In this document: piece after piece, positions 1 to 10,688 of the stretch | Layout of the letters: each line of letters opens with the position of its first letter | Numbering within the stretch: position 1 is the stretch's first letter | Assembly (NCBI GenBank): GCA_963744145.1 | Contig: CAVUSO010000001.1 | Span: 4,864,001-4,928,000, forward strand | DNA from: an uncultured cyanobacterium | Lineage (GTDB): Bacteria > Cyanobacteriota > Cyanobacteriia > Cyanobacteriales > CAWUOF01 | Length of the DNA stretch: 64,000 nucleotides | Direction: 5' to 3' | Notes under the pieces: model-generated | Database searches by the model: none | What the model saw: only the letters and a program-made list of their open reading frames with translations | Told to the model about the DNA's origin: nothing | Made by a program: the position numbers and the translations under genes

Positions 1-3000
1 AATGGTATTATCCCAATTAGCTGAAGCTAAAAGTTTACTATCCGGACTAAAACTAATACTCAAAATTGTATCACTAGCTTTAGGCAGAGACTTGAGCAAC
101 TTCCCATCAATACTCCACAGTTTAATCTCTCCATCAGCACTAGCAGTTGCAATCTTCTTCCCATCCGGACTAAAACTGAGACTATTAATTGAACCATTAG
201 CTGCTGGAGATGTTAACTTTGGCTTTTTTTTACTCAGATTAGATAGTTGTTCATCCCCAAGATTTTTGATAAATTGACCATCTTCATTCCACAGCTTAAC
301 GGTTTTATCACGACTAGCAGAAGCAAGGATTTTTCCATCCGGACTAAAATGAACATCTAGAACTGGTAAAGTATGTCCTCTCAAAGTTTTTAATAAAGTT
401 CCGTTGATATTCCATAATTTAATCGTATGATCAAAACTAGCCGAAACAATGATCTGACCATCCGGACTGAAATTAACACTAGAAACACTATCTGTATGTC
501 CGATGAAAGTTTGAGTAGGATTTGGATTAAATTCACTATTAACATCTTGGCGTTGCCAGAGTTTAATCGTCTTATCTGCACTAGCAACAGCAATAGTTTT
601 CCCATTCGGACTGAAACTCACACTATAAAAACCAGTCGCATTGTCCGGAGGATTTTTGCCCTTATTATTAGCTTGACTATCACTTAAACTTTGCACCCAC
701 TGTCCATTACTATGCCAAATTTGCACGGTGCCATCTTTACCAGCAGAAGCGATCGTTTTACCATCGGGTGAAAAGGTCACACTACTCACCCAATCGCTAT
801 GTTTTTCTAAGCGGTTGTATTCTTGCACTCCCAAGGTTACTTGCTGCAATTTATCAACTGTTTGAATTTGTAGATCAGCTGGTACTTGAGTATTTTGTAA
901 TTTTTGACCAGCATCAACACTAGCAACTAGCGATCCTAGTTGATCATTAGAAAGCAGCAGTGCATCTGACTTAGAATTAGTCATGGCAATTTCTGCCAAT
1001 TTCTTTTGTGCATCTGCATGCCATGCGAAGAATCCTGCAAATGCAGCCAAAACTGCTAGGGTTAATCCCGCAAAAACTGCGAACCGCAATCGCCAATGTA
1101 AAATTTTATTTAATCGCTGTTGGGTGATTTTTCGTTTCTCTTTTTCATCTGCTAATTCGGCTAAGATTTTTTTGTCCTGTTCCAGTTTTTCAATTTGATT
1201 CTGACTGCTTTTATATCGCTGTCGCAATTCCTCTACTTCATTTTTAACTTCAACTTCCTGTTGTTCGCGGATCAGTTCTGCTAAATAATCGTGAATTAGT
1301 TGATAGAGTTCGGTGGTATCTTCCCAGACGCGAAATAACAGCCCCGAACCTTCTAAGATTTTTAAAACTACATCTAATTTATCTGCTTCATTTAAGGATG
1401 TTAAACTTGATTCTAAATCCCCACGACTTTTGAGCGGACGGGTATCTTCCTCTGTAGTTAAAAAAGATAATACTAATTTGGCGGCACGTTTATTTTCTAA
1501 CCCACAGTCTTCAATGACTTTTTCTAAAAAACTTTCTACTAATTTTTCTTTAGGACCAATCCGTTGATATTCAGCTAGGGTAGTAATATTTTTAGATTGT
1601 AGTTGTGCTCCCACAATTTGTAATTCAATCGGACGTACTTCTCCTAAATCTCCAGCTAAATCTTGGACTAATTGATCAATTAATTCAGATTCTAAGTAAA
1701 ATTGAGCTGCTTGGGTTAAGCTTTTGATTACTTTTTTCGCATCTTCAGTAGTAAAATTGCCTAAAGGGTAGCGAATATTTTTGCTGAGAATATCGTTATT
1801 GATTGGTTCTAAATCTATGAATCGACTACTCTCTAATAAGTAATAAATATAATCTTCGCGCAGAGCTAAGATGATTTTTACATAAGCGGTATTTAAGCAG
1901 ATTTTTAAAAATTCAAAGAATTCACGTCGTTCTGATTGCTTTTTACAAACAAAGAAAAATTCTTCAAATTGATCAAAAATTAAAACTGTGAGTAGATTTT
2001 GTTCGGCATTTTGTTGGAGTTTTTCGGCGATCGCTTCCAGGGTATTGGTAGCAGCAATTATGGCTCGAGCTAGGGTGGTCATCCAATCTGTATAAACAGA
2101 AAGAACCACTGGGACTACATTCCGAGCGTTGATCTGCTGAAGTTTAAGTGTTGGTACTAATCCCGCGTTCACAATGGAGCTTTTACCTACTCCTGATTGA
2201 CCATGAATTATGGTTAGTTTATAATCAGCTCTTTCCATCCGTTCTAGTAAGCGATTAACATCTTGCTGACGACCAGAAACAGTAATTTCCGAGGGTAATG
2301 TGGTGGGGTAATTAACTGATTCTAAGGAAAGATTAATTGCTTGTCTTGATGGTTGAAGACGACCAGCACCAATGAATGCTCTATATCCATACTGAGCTTC
2401 AATTGTGCGTTGTTCTTGTTTAATTTCAAAAGCTTTTAAATATTCCCCTTGTTGATAGTACAGCGATCGCAATTCTCCTAAAATCCGAATATAAACTCGC
2501 GGACCATACTGGGGATCGTTTTCTTCTTTAGCGATTTCTAAATTCTTCACTGCTTCGGTAATATGACCTAATTCTCGTTGAGCTTTCGCGAGCAGTAATA
2601 AGCAACGACTTCGATGTTGGTAATAAATCGGTAAATTTAGAGGTACGCGATCGCTAATTGTCGCTAAAATCTCCAGGGATTTTTTGGCATTTTGTTGGGC
2701 TGATTCCCAATTTGAATTTTGTAAAGCTAGATCAGCTAAAAAACTATAATCTTGCGCTCGATTTATCTCTAATCCTGGATTTTTATGCAAACTCAAAGAT
2801 TTATATACTAATGCTTCTAAGGTTTCCCAATCTTTTAAAAGTTGTAAAACTTCTCCCAAATGATTAATTACTTTTGCTACGACATCTTCACGCTTTGCTT
2901 CGGTAAAAATATGAATACATTGCTCTAAATGTCTTCTGGCTTCTTCTAAGTAAATTCGATTTAATTTTCGCTCAGATTCGGCTAAATTACGATAACAAAT

Positions 3001-3789
3001 TGCACTCTTAAATAAGACTATCCCCCGACGTTCCAGATTGCCAATATTGGGTTCAAGACTGCGCCATAATTTCAGACTTTTTTCATAATGTTCTAAGGCG
3101 GTCTTATTTTGGTGTTTTTTATATTCATCTCGTCCTTCAATAAATTCTAAACTAGCTTCTAAAACTGGTTCTAAGGTTTCACCGCGATATTTTAATTCTT
3201 GTCGAGCTAATTTTAATTCTAATTCTAAAGCATGGTCAGCAATTGCTTTAACACCACTATTATTTTCGTAACCCTGCAAAATTGAATCAAATACCTGTTC
3301 AACATTGACCCGAATATAATCAATTAGTTCTTCTGTACTAAAGCTAAATTCATAGCTACTACTCCAACTATAAAAATCGCGAGCCAGATTTACCAGTTTT
3401 TGTTGAACTTGGTCATTAATCCATAACAATACGGGAAAGGGAAAACTTTTAGAAAATTCGTTCCGACTTAAATTAGTTGCTTGAAGCACTTGATCGATCG
3501 CTTTGACTGATTCTAACCCAAATACCATTAAAGCTGCTGGTTGCTCGTTTCCTAATTCAGCCAAAATGGTGGAATAGAGTTTAGTAACGGTATCAGACAG
3601 AACAATTTCGTGAATTTTGACCCGACATCTTTCCCGTAGTTGTTGAACAATGCGATCGCGGAGTACCCCATAATTACAGCGGACGACAATTAAGGAAAAT
3701 TCCTCAGCCCGAGCAATTGTTTTTGCTAAAATCTGTAAAGATTCCTCATTTTTGGTCACTATAGTTTGGGGTTGATCCGTTTTAAGCAT
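1..3789 (-). CDS. Large STAND-type (nSTAND1-like) P-loop NTPase with N-terminal helical/TPR-like region, one TM helix and C-terminal WD40 repeats; 3' end runs off the window
   Basis: Absent from the ORF track because no stop lies in the window. ATG at 3789 (MLKTDQPQTIVTKNEESL...). Walker A IHGQSGVGKSS at ~2175-2207, Walker B TVLIFDQFEEFF at ~1955-1990, hydrophobic FAVFAGLTLAVLAAFAGFFAW at ~1020-1085, WD40 units (e.g. SISFSPDSKLLASANWDNTI) from ~810 to 1 in the same frame. Confidence 0.88.
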   Translation of the reverse strand, partial: MLKTDQPQTIVTKNEESLQILAKTIARAEEFSLIVVRCNYGVLRDRIVQQLRERCRVKIHEIVLSDTVTKLYSTILAELGNEQPAALMVFGLESVKAIDQVLQATNLSRNEFSKSFPFPVLLWINDQVQQKLVNLARDFYSWSSSYEFSFSTEELIDYIRVNVEQVFDSILQGYENNSGVKAIADHALELELKLARQELKYRGETLEPVLEASLEFIEGRDEYKKHQNKTALEHYEKSLKLWRSLEPNIGNLERRGIVLFKSAICYRNLAESERKLNRIYLEEARRHLEQCIHIFTEAKREDVVAKVINHLGEVLQLLKDWETLEALVYKSLSLHKNPGLEINRAQDYSFLADLALQNSNWESAQQNAKKSLEILATISDRVPLNLPIYYQHRSRCLLLLAKAQRELGHITEAVKNLEIAKEENDPQYGPRVYIRILGELRSLYYQQGEYLKAFEIKQEQRTIEAQYGYRAFIGAGRLQPSRQAINLSLESVNYPTTLPSEITVSGRQQDVNRLLERMERADYKLTIIHGQSGVGKSSIVNAGLVPTLKLQQINARNVVPVVLSVYTDWMTTLARAIIAATNTLEAIAEKLQQNAEQNLLTVLIFDQFEEFFFVCKKQSERREFFEFLKICLNTAYVKIILALREDYIYYLLESSRFIDLEPINNDILSKNIRYPLGNFTTEDAKKVIKSLTQAAQFYLESELIDQLVQDLAGDLGEVRPIELQIVGAQLQSKNITTLAEYQRIGPKEKLVESFLEKVIEDCGLENKRAAKLVLSFLTTEEDTRPLKSRGDLESSLTSLNEADKLDVVLKILEGSGLLFRVWEDTTELYQLIHDYLAELIREQQEVEVKNEVEELRQRYKSSQNQIEKLEQDKKILAELADEKEKRKITQQRLNKILHWRLRFAVFAGLTLAVLAAFAGFFAWHADAQKKLAEIAMTNSKSDALLLSNDQLGSLVASVDAGQKLQNTQVPADLQIQTVDKLQQVTLGVQEYNRLEKHSDWVSSVTFSPDGKTIASAGKDGTVQIWHSNGQWVQSLSDSQANNKGKNPPDNATGFYSVSFSPNGKTIAVASADKTIKLWQRQDVNSEFNPNPTQTFIGHTDSVSSVNFSPDGQIIVSASFDHTIKLWNINGTLLKTLRGHTLPVLDVHFSPDGKILASASRDKTVKLWNEDGQFIKNLGDEQLSNLSKKKPKLTSPAANGSINSLSFSPDGKKIATASADGEIKLWSIDGKLLKSLPKASDTILSISFSPDSKLLASANWDNTI

Positions 3790-5092
3790 GATTTTGGTAT
3801 TCCTGAGCTTCGGTCAGAATTGGGTTAATATCAAACCAAGAATTATCCCGATCGCGATATTCAAAGACAAACATACTCCTTAATAGGGTTTCATACCCTA
3901 ATGACCCTCTCACATCTTTAGTTTTTGTGACTTGACGTAATGATTCCCACTGTTCAGCGGTGATCCCCCGATTTAAGTCATTACAATCTTGTTTAATCAC
4001 CATTTCTAAAGTATCCCGTGACAAGGGTGGATCTTCTCTTTGTAAACAACGATAAAGTAATCCTAACAAATTTCGCACATGACCACCACTAATTAAACAT
4101 AAACGATCTAAAGTTTCTGGAGCATCAAAAACTTCAGTAATTAATTGGAGTCTTTGTTCTGTATTTATGGTGGTAAATGCTCGTGCTAATACCATTTGTC
4201 GTAGTAGTTTCATCCCCGGTTCGTATATTTCACCCACCAGATGACGAACTGGGACCATCGGTAAGACTTTGGGGTTAACTCCCCCAAACCGAGTATTTAA
4301 TCTCCCTAAGTCATTGGAGAAAATTAATTCCAGGGGAATTGTATAAACCACATGGCAATTAAGCTGGTTTAACTGCTCACCTCGATCGACAAATAAGTAT
4401 TCCGATTGACTGCGTCCTGCTAAATTTTTCGAGGGATGAATCCGATCGAGGTTATCGACAATTACCACTAATCCTTTTTTATCTTGTTGTTTGAGTTTAG
4501 CGATCGCTGGCTCAAGTATTTCGTGATTAATTGCTTCAATAATTCCATTAGTCCGCGGTTCTAAATATTGCCTTAATAGTCCGCGAGTATCGGTACTATC
4601 TTTAGCTTTAGCCGTAATTTTGGCAATTCCGAAAGATAAGGAAAACTCTCCCTCTAAGTCATATACTTGCAACCGTTCAGATACACTTTTAATTAAGCCC
4701 TTGAATCCTTGAGGTTGGAGATGAATTTTGATTTTTTCTAAGCTTTCGCTCACCTGATGCGCGATCGCCAGTAATATATCTGTCACATCCACATCAGCCA
4801 TATCCATATCTTGACTGGATTCAAAATAGACTACATGAAACCCCTGTAATTCTAATTCATATTTGAGCCGGAGCAATTCGGTAGATTTTCCACAACCGAT
4901 ATGACCAGTAAATAATTGACAGGTTCGTTCATCCGGAGCAAGACGAGTAATTGTTCGTTCCAATTCCTCAATGATTTTTCCACCTCTAACACTAGAAAAA
5001 TCAATATAATATGCCCGATCCTCGGTATTCCCAACAATTATAGTTTTTGCAGGGTTACAAGCTTTATAAAATTTCTGCAAATCTAGTTTCAT
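3782..5092 (-). CDS. P-loop AAA-type ATPase, overlapping partner of the downstream STAND-WD40 gene
   Basis: Walker A FTGHIGCGKST, Walker B VVIVDNLDR, SGGHVRNL motif. The stop overlaps the next ATG by 8 bp. I prefer the ATG at 5092 to the upstream TTG. Confidence 0.85.
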   Translation of the reverse strand: MKLDLQKFYKACNPAKTIIVGNTEDRAYYIDFSSVRGGKIIEELERTITRLAPDERTCQLFTGHIGCGKSTELLRLKYELELQGFHVVYFESSQDMDMADVDVTDILLAIAHQVSESLEKIKIHLQPQGFKGLIKSVSERLQVYDLEGEFSLSFGIAKITAKAKDSTDTRGLLRQYLEPRTNGIIEAINHEILEPAIAKLKQQDKKGLVVIVDNLDRIHPSKNLAGRSQSEYLFVDRGEQLNQLNCHVVYTIPLELIFSNDLGRLNTRFGGVNPKVLPMVPVRHLVGEIYEPGMKLLRQMVLARAFTTINTEQRLQLITEVFDAPETLDRLCLISGGHVRNLLGLLYRCLQREDPPLSRDTLEMVIKQDCNDLNRGITAEQWESLRQVTKTKDVRGSLGYETLLRSMFVFEYRDRDNSWFDINPILTEAQEYQNHA

Positions 5093-5210
5093 AATGAGCA
5101 ACTTTTCCTCAGTAAGCGTGTTGCGTTGATCCTTAATATAGAAAGCGTAGCAACAAGAGCAATTATAACAGGGTTATTTTTCTTTAAGTAGGGGGAGATC
5201 CGTCTCCTAC

Positions 5211-5462
5211 TTACCCCAAACATTTTCCTAACCAGCGACATTTTTCATCATCATCATCACCTCGAGCAGCTAATACATAGTTTATCTGGTTTGGTTGAAG
5301 GTTGGCGATCGAAGTCAATCCGGGGATATTTACCCCCAAATTTACCGTGGGTGGGGTCAATTTAGGTGTAATCGGGTTCATGTCCCAATTAGCTAGACTG
5401 GAATGAACACTAACTGCTAATATGGGCACTAATAGGATTACATTCCAGATGCTATTTTTCAT
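5211..5462 (-). CDS. Small secreted hypothetical peptide (83 aa) with signal peptide and C-terminal two-Cys motif
   Basis: MKNSIWNVILLVPILAVSVHSSLA is signal-peptide-like; the protein ends in ARGDDDDEKCRWLGKCLG. Confidence 0.6.
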   Translation of the reverse strand: MKNSIWNVILLVPILAVSVHSSLANWDMNPITPKLTPPTVNLGVNIPGLTSIANLQPNQINYVLAARGDDDDEKCRWLGKCLG

Positions 5463-6016
5463 TTTTACCATCTCCTTGTCAGCAAGGGAGACATCCCAAT
5501 TGGATCGATGTTTGAGCATTTCTCTGTTGTAATTAAAGACAGTGTTTGGTTGACAATTGTTTCAATGCTTCGGGATGTTACTTTGGTAGCAAGTTAGCTA
5601 CCGAGTAGTCACATCGATCTAGCAATGAACCGCTAAGATAATCTTCACGTTGATTTTCCTTAATTTCGCTTATTTGGGCAATCAGCGCAAATATCTTGAT
5701 CTATCTTAATTATCCCCCGTTCCTAATCCAGGTGAGTAAAAACTAGGACACTATTGTCAATGGTTGGGAAAATCAAAAAAAAAATTGCCAATTATCGGGT
5801 TTCCCATGAAAATAGTCATGTGTCAGTTGCGTAGGTGACCCAAGTGGCATATCTTAGTACGATTAACTTATATTAGTGAACCTCACCAAACACTAATATA
5901 ATTATATGCTGAGTAATACCAATTTAATGTGAAGTTGCACAGTTCTAGATCCCCCTAAATCCCCCTTAACAAGGGGGACTTTGACTTTTAATTCTGGCTC
6001 CCCATTGTTAAGGGGT

Positions 6017-7121
6017 CTACGGTTTACACACAAGTTGAGATAGAGTAAGGAGGGAAGGGAAGTAAGGAGAAAAAAGTAGTGGAAAATCCAATTTTAATTC
6101 ATGTGCAACAATGTCAGGGAACAGCATTCCCAGACCCAAGACTGGGAAAAAGAGGGGCTTCATTGTATACAGCGATGGCACAACATCAATCAATAAATAT
6201 TCGGAAAATCAGTAAAAATAGAGCCGAGCAAGTTGGATATTACCGATTTTTAGGGAATAAGAATGTAAAAACTGTAAAATTAGTCGTAAGTTTAGGAGAG
6301 CATTGCGCCTTACAGGTAGATGGAAAACACCAGGTCTTAGCGATAGCGTGATAGTAGTGAAATTAACTTACAGTCTCACAAAGGAAGATTGAAATCCGAG
6401 GGAATTGGAGTAGTAGGAAACAATCAAGATGTCGGATTTTATCTGCATCCAACCCTGGTATTAGATGCAGAAAATGGATGCCCACTAGGAGAAGGGGCGT
6501 ATTGCAATACGCCCCTACAACGCAGTGGAAGCTGTAGAAATCAATCCCCCAAAAGGTCAACAACCGATTCACTGGCGATTACTCACTACACATAGAGTAG
6601 TTTGTATTGAACAAGCGCTACAAGTAATTGAATGGTACAAATGGCGCTGGCGGATTGAACAATTGTTTGCTACCCTGAAATCCGTTGGCTTAGATATCGA
6701 AGCAACTCAATTAGAGTCAATTAAATCTATTCAAAAATTGAGTGTTTTAGCTCTATCGGTAGCTGTCAGAATTTTGCAGTTAATTGTCGGGTGTGACCAG
6801 CCTGAATTACCTGCAACCTACGCATTCAATGATGAACAACAGCAATGTTTATCCCAGATTGCTCCGACGGTTTCCGGGCAAACTTTGGCACAGCAAAATT
6901 CTGCTCCACCTCATTCTTTACCTTGGGCAGTACGGGCGTATTGCAGTAGGGGCGTATTGCAATACGCCCCTACCGATTATTGCTCGACTGGGTGGTTGGC
7001 CTGGCTATCGGTCTCAAAAACCGCCGGGAATTACTACCTTAGTGCGCGGACGCGAGCCAATTTCAATCCTTTTTTTTATGGCTGGAAACTCGCTCTAGGT
7101 ATGGTTGTGTGTACACCGTAG
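6017..7121 (+). mobile_element. Decayed IS4-family (IS50/Tn5-like) insertion sequence
   Basis: Terminal inverted repeats CTACGGTTTACACACAA (6017) and TTGTGTGTACACCGTAG (ends 7121). Transposase fragments FPDPRLGKRG, GFYLHPTLV, IHWRLLTT, WYKWRWRIEQLFATLK and IARLGGW lie in several frames. Confidence 0.88.
6079..7098 (+). pseudogene. IS4-family transposase pseudogene (stop codon, internal deletion, palindrome insertions)
   Basis: Split over ORFs 6079-6351, 6389-6595, 6525-7121 and 6784-7098. The central part is missing at the palindrome at ~6493-6518. Confidence 0.85.
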
Positions 7122-7478
7122 CCCTTGCAGGGAAGGGGGTTGGGGGGTTAGGTCAGATCTTATGAGAATCGAGCATTAAACAGTCCTGCTTGATGGGGGG
7201 AAACTTTAATATTAGTAAAATCATTTCACTAGAAAAAATATTCTGCAAATTTAGATAACTTTTCTCTCAAAAAAAAACCTGATTATATGGAATTTTAACT
7301 GCATAAAGAAATCGTTTTCCGATTTTTTTTCTGAGATGAGTTTAGTGTGATGGAAGTTTAATCCCTTCTCACCATTTTCAATGATTGGAAAAAAATAAGT
7401 TTTAGTCGTTACTAAATAGAAATTTCGATCGCTAAAACGAAAAGGAAAAAAGCCGCAAATATTACCCGAGTAAAAAAT

Positions 7479-8292
7479 ATGGTTGGAAATAATCTACACA
7501 TCAAACGGTTGCTAGAAACTAAACAATGTCAGGGTGGTGACTTGAGAGAAGCACACCTAGCCCGACTTAATCTCAATGGTGCTAATTTAAGTGGGGCTAA
7601 ATTACTGTTAGCGAATATGAATGGGACTCTATTAAACAGAGCAAATTTAAGTGGAGCAGATTCTCAGTTTTGCTAATCTAGTCGGAGCAGAGTTAGGAGA
7701 AGCAATCCTGAGCGGAGCTGATGCTAAAGGAGTTAATCTCTTGGAAGCTCAATTAATTAAGGCTAATTTAAGTGGGGCAGACTTGGGGTTTGCCAATTTG
7801 GTCAAAACTAATCTCAACGAAACCAATCTTAGTGGTGCTATTTTAGACGGAGCAAATCTGATTGGGGCTCAGCTAAGTGGTGCTAATTTGACTGGTGCAG
7901 ATTTAGGTGGTGCGAATCTCGGCTATGCTCAATTAGCAATGGCCAACTTATCCAATGCTGATTTAAACGATACTCGGTTGGTTGGTGCAGATCTGCGAGA
8001 AGCAAATTTAAGTGGTGCTAATCTAAGTAGTGCTAATCTTTTACACGCTAATTTGATGGGAGCTAATTTAACTGGGGCTAATCTGCATGGTGCTAATCTA
8101 ACTAATGCCCAACTTGATGGTGTAATTGGGCTGGGAAGGGTAGAGCCAATCCCCAGTATGCCACAACCAGTGCCCAAAGCAACTATTGCGTCATCTAATT
8201 ATGGTGGTTTAAGTTTTTCAGAATCAACCTTAACCTCTAATGTTTTCCCGGCTGTGGTGTTACCAGATTTTAGTGCGATTGAGAAAAAATAA
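7479..8292 (+). pseudogene. Pentapeptide-repeat protein with a single frameshift (or sequencing error)
   Basis: A(D/N)LxG-type repeats in ORFs 7479-7676 and 7651-8292. Removing one T at ~7661 (GCAGATTCTCAGT to GCA GAT CTC AGT) restores a continuous GADLSFANL repeat. Confidence 0.8.
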
Positions 8293-8327
8293 AAAGTGAA
8301 AAGCTGGAATAGATACTTTTCACTTTT
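8292..8327 (+). terminator. Inverted-repeat hairpin after the pentapeptide gene
   Basis: AAAAGTGAAAAG-N12-CTTTTCACTTTT between convergent genes. Confidence 0.5.
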
Positions 8328-8484
8328 GGTGGAGAGTTCTAAGGACCTGGGAAATATCGCGATTTCTGATTACCTCCACTGTTTTCCAGGGACTACCACC
8401 CAGCACTCATAACTGATCAACTGCTTAAATTGAAGGCGATCGCTATCAAAATGAAAAATATAGATAATTTGGAAATAAATAATA

Positions 8485-9117
8485 TTAGACTTTCAGCTTA
8501 TTTTTTTGATATAATTCTACAGCAATCACATAAGGATAAAAAGGTTTTGGTCTTTTTGTTACTACTTCCCAATCAAGATTAGTAGGAGGATTTAAAAAAT
8601 TTTGATAAGCCAAAGCCATTTGTTGTGCTGCTTCAGAAAAAGACATTTTTCCAGTAGAGGTTCCCAATCCAGGACAAGCAATAATTTCGATCAATTTAGA
8701 ATTTTGTTGATTATGCTTTCTAACTGTTAATAACATCGCCCACATTGCCCAATAAACATTATCTGTATGAGCGATAGGTTGAGGTACACGCATGGTAGGA
8801 GTATGGGCAATAAAAGGATGTTTAATATGTCCAGTTTCTACTATTAAAGATGTTCCAATCGGTTGTTCTCCTAAATATTCTTCCAGTATTTGTTTTTGCA
8901 CTTTGTTAACTAAATCCTGACCGAAAAAATTAGCGATCGCTAAGTCAACCCCACCATCCATTAACCCAAAAGAGTTAGCAGCAGAAACCATACAATCAAA
9001 TTGGGACAATTTTTCAAACTTACCTTGGATAATTTCTACATTAGGCAAATGTTGGAAAGCTTTTTCCCAACATTGACATAATTCTAATTTTGGATCAACT
9101 AAAATTAATCTTTTCAT
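8485..9117 (-). CDS. Macro domain (Appr-1-p processing / ADP-ribose-binding) protein
   Basis: Motifs VSAANSFGLMDGGVD, HTPTMRVP and ACPGLGTSTG. Start uncertain (9117 or 9147). Confidence 0.85.
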   Translation of the reverse strand: MKRLILVDPKLELCQCWEKAFQHLPNVEIIQGKFEKLSQFDCMVSAANSFGLMDGGVDLAIANFFGQDLVNKVQKQILEEYLGEQPIGTSLIVETGHIKHPFIAHTPTMRVPQPIAHTDNVYWAMWAMLLTVRKHNQQNSKLIEIIACPGLGTSTGKMSFSEAAQQMALAYQNFLNPPTNLDWEVVTKRPKPFYPYVIAVELYQKNKLKV

Positions 9118-9190
9118 AACTAATTTTAAATACTTTTTTGTTATCATAATCGGACTGTGGGAATTCAATTTTGCCATCGAATCCACAATC

Positions 9191-9222
9191 TACAGGTAGG
9201 ATATTGATTTTTCCTACCTGTA
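9191..9222 (-). terminator. Hairpin downstream of argD
   Basis: TACAGGTAGGA-N10-TCCTACCTGTA, perfect 11-bp stem. Confidence 0.5.
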
Positions 9223-9236
9223 AGATAGTACAGTTA

Positions 9237-10517
9237 CTAATCAGTTACGGTAAGCATTGCTTGATCAACTGCTTGTAAAGCCAAATCGATTTCCTGGGCA
9301 GAAACTATTAATGGTGGCACAAATCGGATCACTTTTGGACCAGCAGGTACTAATAATAAACCTTGAGCGATCGCTGCTTTAACCACATCGGCTGAAGTTA
9401 ATTTCACTTCTTCTTTAATTTCCATTCCATTCATTAAGCCCCAACCGCGTACTTCCGCGATCAGCTCTGGATATTTAGCCGCGATCGCTTTTAATCCATT
9501 TCTCAATTGTTCTCCTCTTGCTAAAACATTAGCTAGCAAGTCTTCCTGTTCAATGGTTTGACAGACAGACAAACTTACTGCACAAGCAAAAGGATTACCA
9601 CCAAAAGTGCTAGCATGATCTCCTGGTTGAAAAATAGCACAGAAAGACTTAGCCAACATTGCACCAATGGGAATTCCACCAGCTAAACCTTTAGCACTGG
9701 TGAAAATATCTGGCTCAATCCCCAAATTTTCATAACCCCAATATTTACCAGTACGTCCCATTCCGACTTGCACTTCATCCAAAATTAATAAAATACCTGT
9801 TTGATCACAGATTTCCCGAATTCTTTGAAAATAAGCTTTATCTCCGGGTCGAACTCCACCTTCTCCTTGGAGAGCTTCTAACAGAATTCCACCAACCCGA
9901 CGTTTATCTTGATTTAGTGTAGCGATCGTTGTTTCGAGTGCAGCAATATCATTGTAAGGAACATAAGCAAATCCTGGCATTAAAGGATCAAAATTTTTCT
10001 GATATTTGGGTTGACCAGTTGCTGTAATCATGGCTAGAGTACGTCCGTGAAAACTAGCATGAGCGGTTAAAATTACTGGCTCATCTATATTTAATACTGT
10101 ATGAGCATATTTACGAGCTAACTTAACTGCTCCTTCGTTTGCTTCAGCACCCGAATTACAGAAAAAAACTTGGTCAGCACAGGAATGTTCTACTAACCAT
10201 TTGGCCAGATGATATTGTTCGGGAATATAATAAAGATTAGAAACGTGATGGAGTTTTTGAATTTGATGAGTTACTGCTGCAACTAAGGTAGGGTGCGCGT
10301 GACCCAAGGTACAAGTAGCAATTCCAGCTACAAAATCTAAGTATTCTTTTCCTTCCATATCCCAGACCCGACAACCTGCACCCCGTTCGAGGGTGATCGG
10401 ATATCGTCCGTAGGTTGACATGATATAATGGTCATAATCAGTTGGGTTAAATTGATCAGATTTTGGTGATGATGCGTCAGCGATCGCTGAGGATGGAGTT
10501 AAGGTTTCTGGACTCAC
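9237..10517 (-). CDS. argD: Acetylornithine/succinylornithine aminotransferase (class III PLP enzyme)
   Basis: FFCNSGAEANEGA, SFHGRT, QGEGGV, LILDEVQVGMGRTG, TSAKGLAGG, HASTFGGNP. Confidence 0.93.
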   Translation of the reverse strand: MSPETLTPSSAIADASSPKSDQFNPTDYDHYIMSTYGRYPITLERGAGCRVWDMEGKEYLDFVAGIATCTLGHAHPTLVAAVTHQIQKLHHVSNLYYIPEQYHLAKWLVEHSCADQVFFCNSGAEANEGAVKLARKYAHTVLNIDEPVILTAHASFHGRTLAMITATGQPKYQKNFDPLMPGFAYVPYNDIAALETTIATLNQDKRRVGGILLEALQGEGGVRPGDKAYFQRIREICDQTGILLILDEVQVGMGRTGKYWGYENLGIEPDIFTSAKGLAGGIPIGAMLAKSFCAIFQPGDHASTFGGNPFACAVSLSVCQTIEQEDLLANVLARGEQLRNGLKAIAAKYPELIAEVRGWGLMNGMEIKEEVKLTSADVVKAAIAQGLLLVPAGPKVIRFVPPLIVSAQEIDLALQAVDQAMLTVTD

Positions 10518-10688
10518 GATGTAGTTTCCTTTTAGGCTGAATGTTTCTAATTTTAGGTTAGCCCACTTCTAATTTGCTTAAACTTGGGAAAGTTAGAAGT
10601 TGTTGACATATATTGAGTCATAGTCCCGCTTCTATTCTTCAATTTGTAGCATAAAAGTTGCAGAAAATGAGTATAATTACTTAAAACA

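Noticed and set aside
5211..5462. PatS/PatX heterocyst-patterning peptide
   Set aside because: No RG(S/T)GR pentapeptide.
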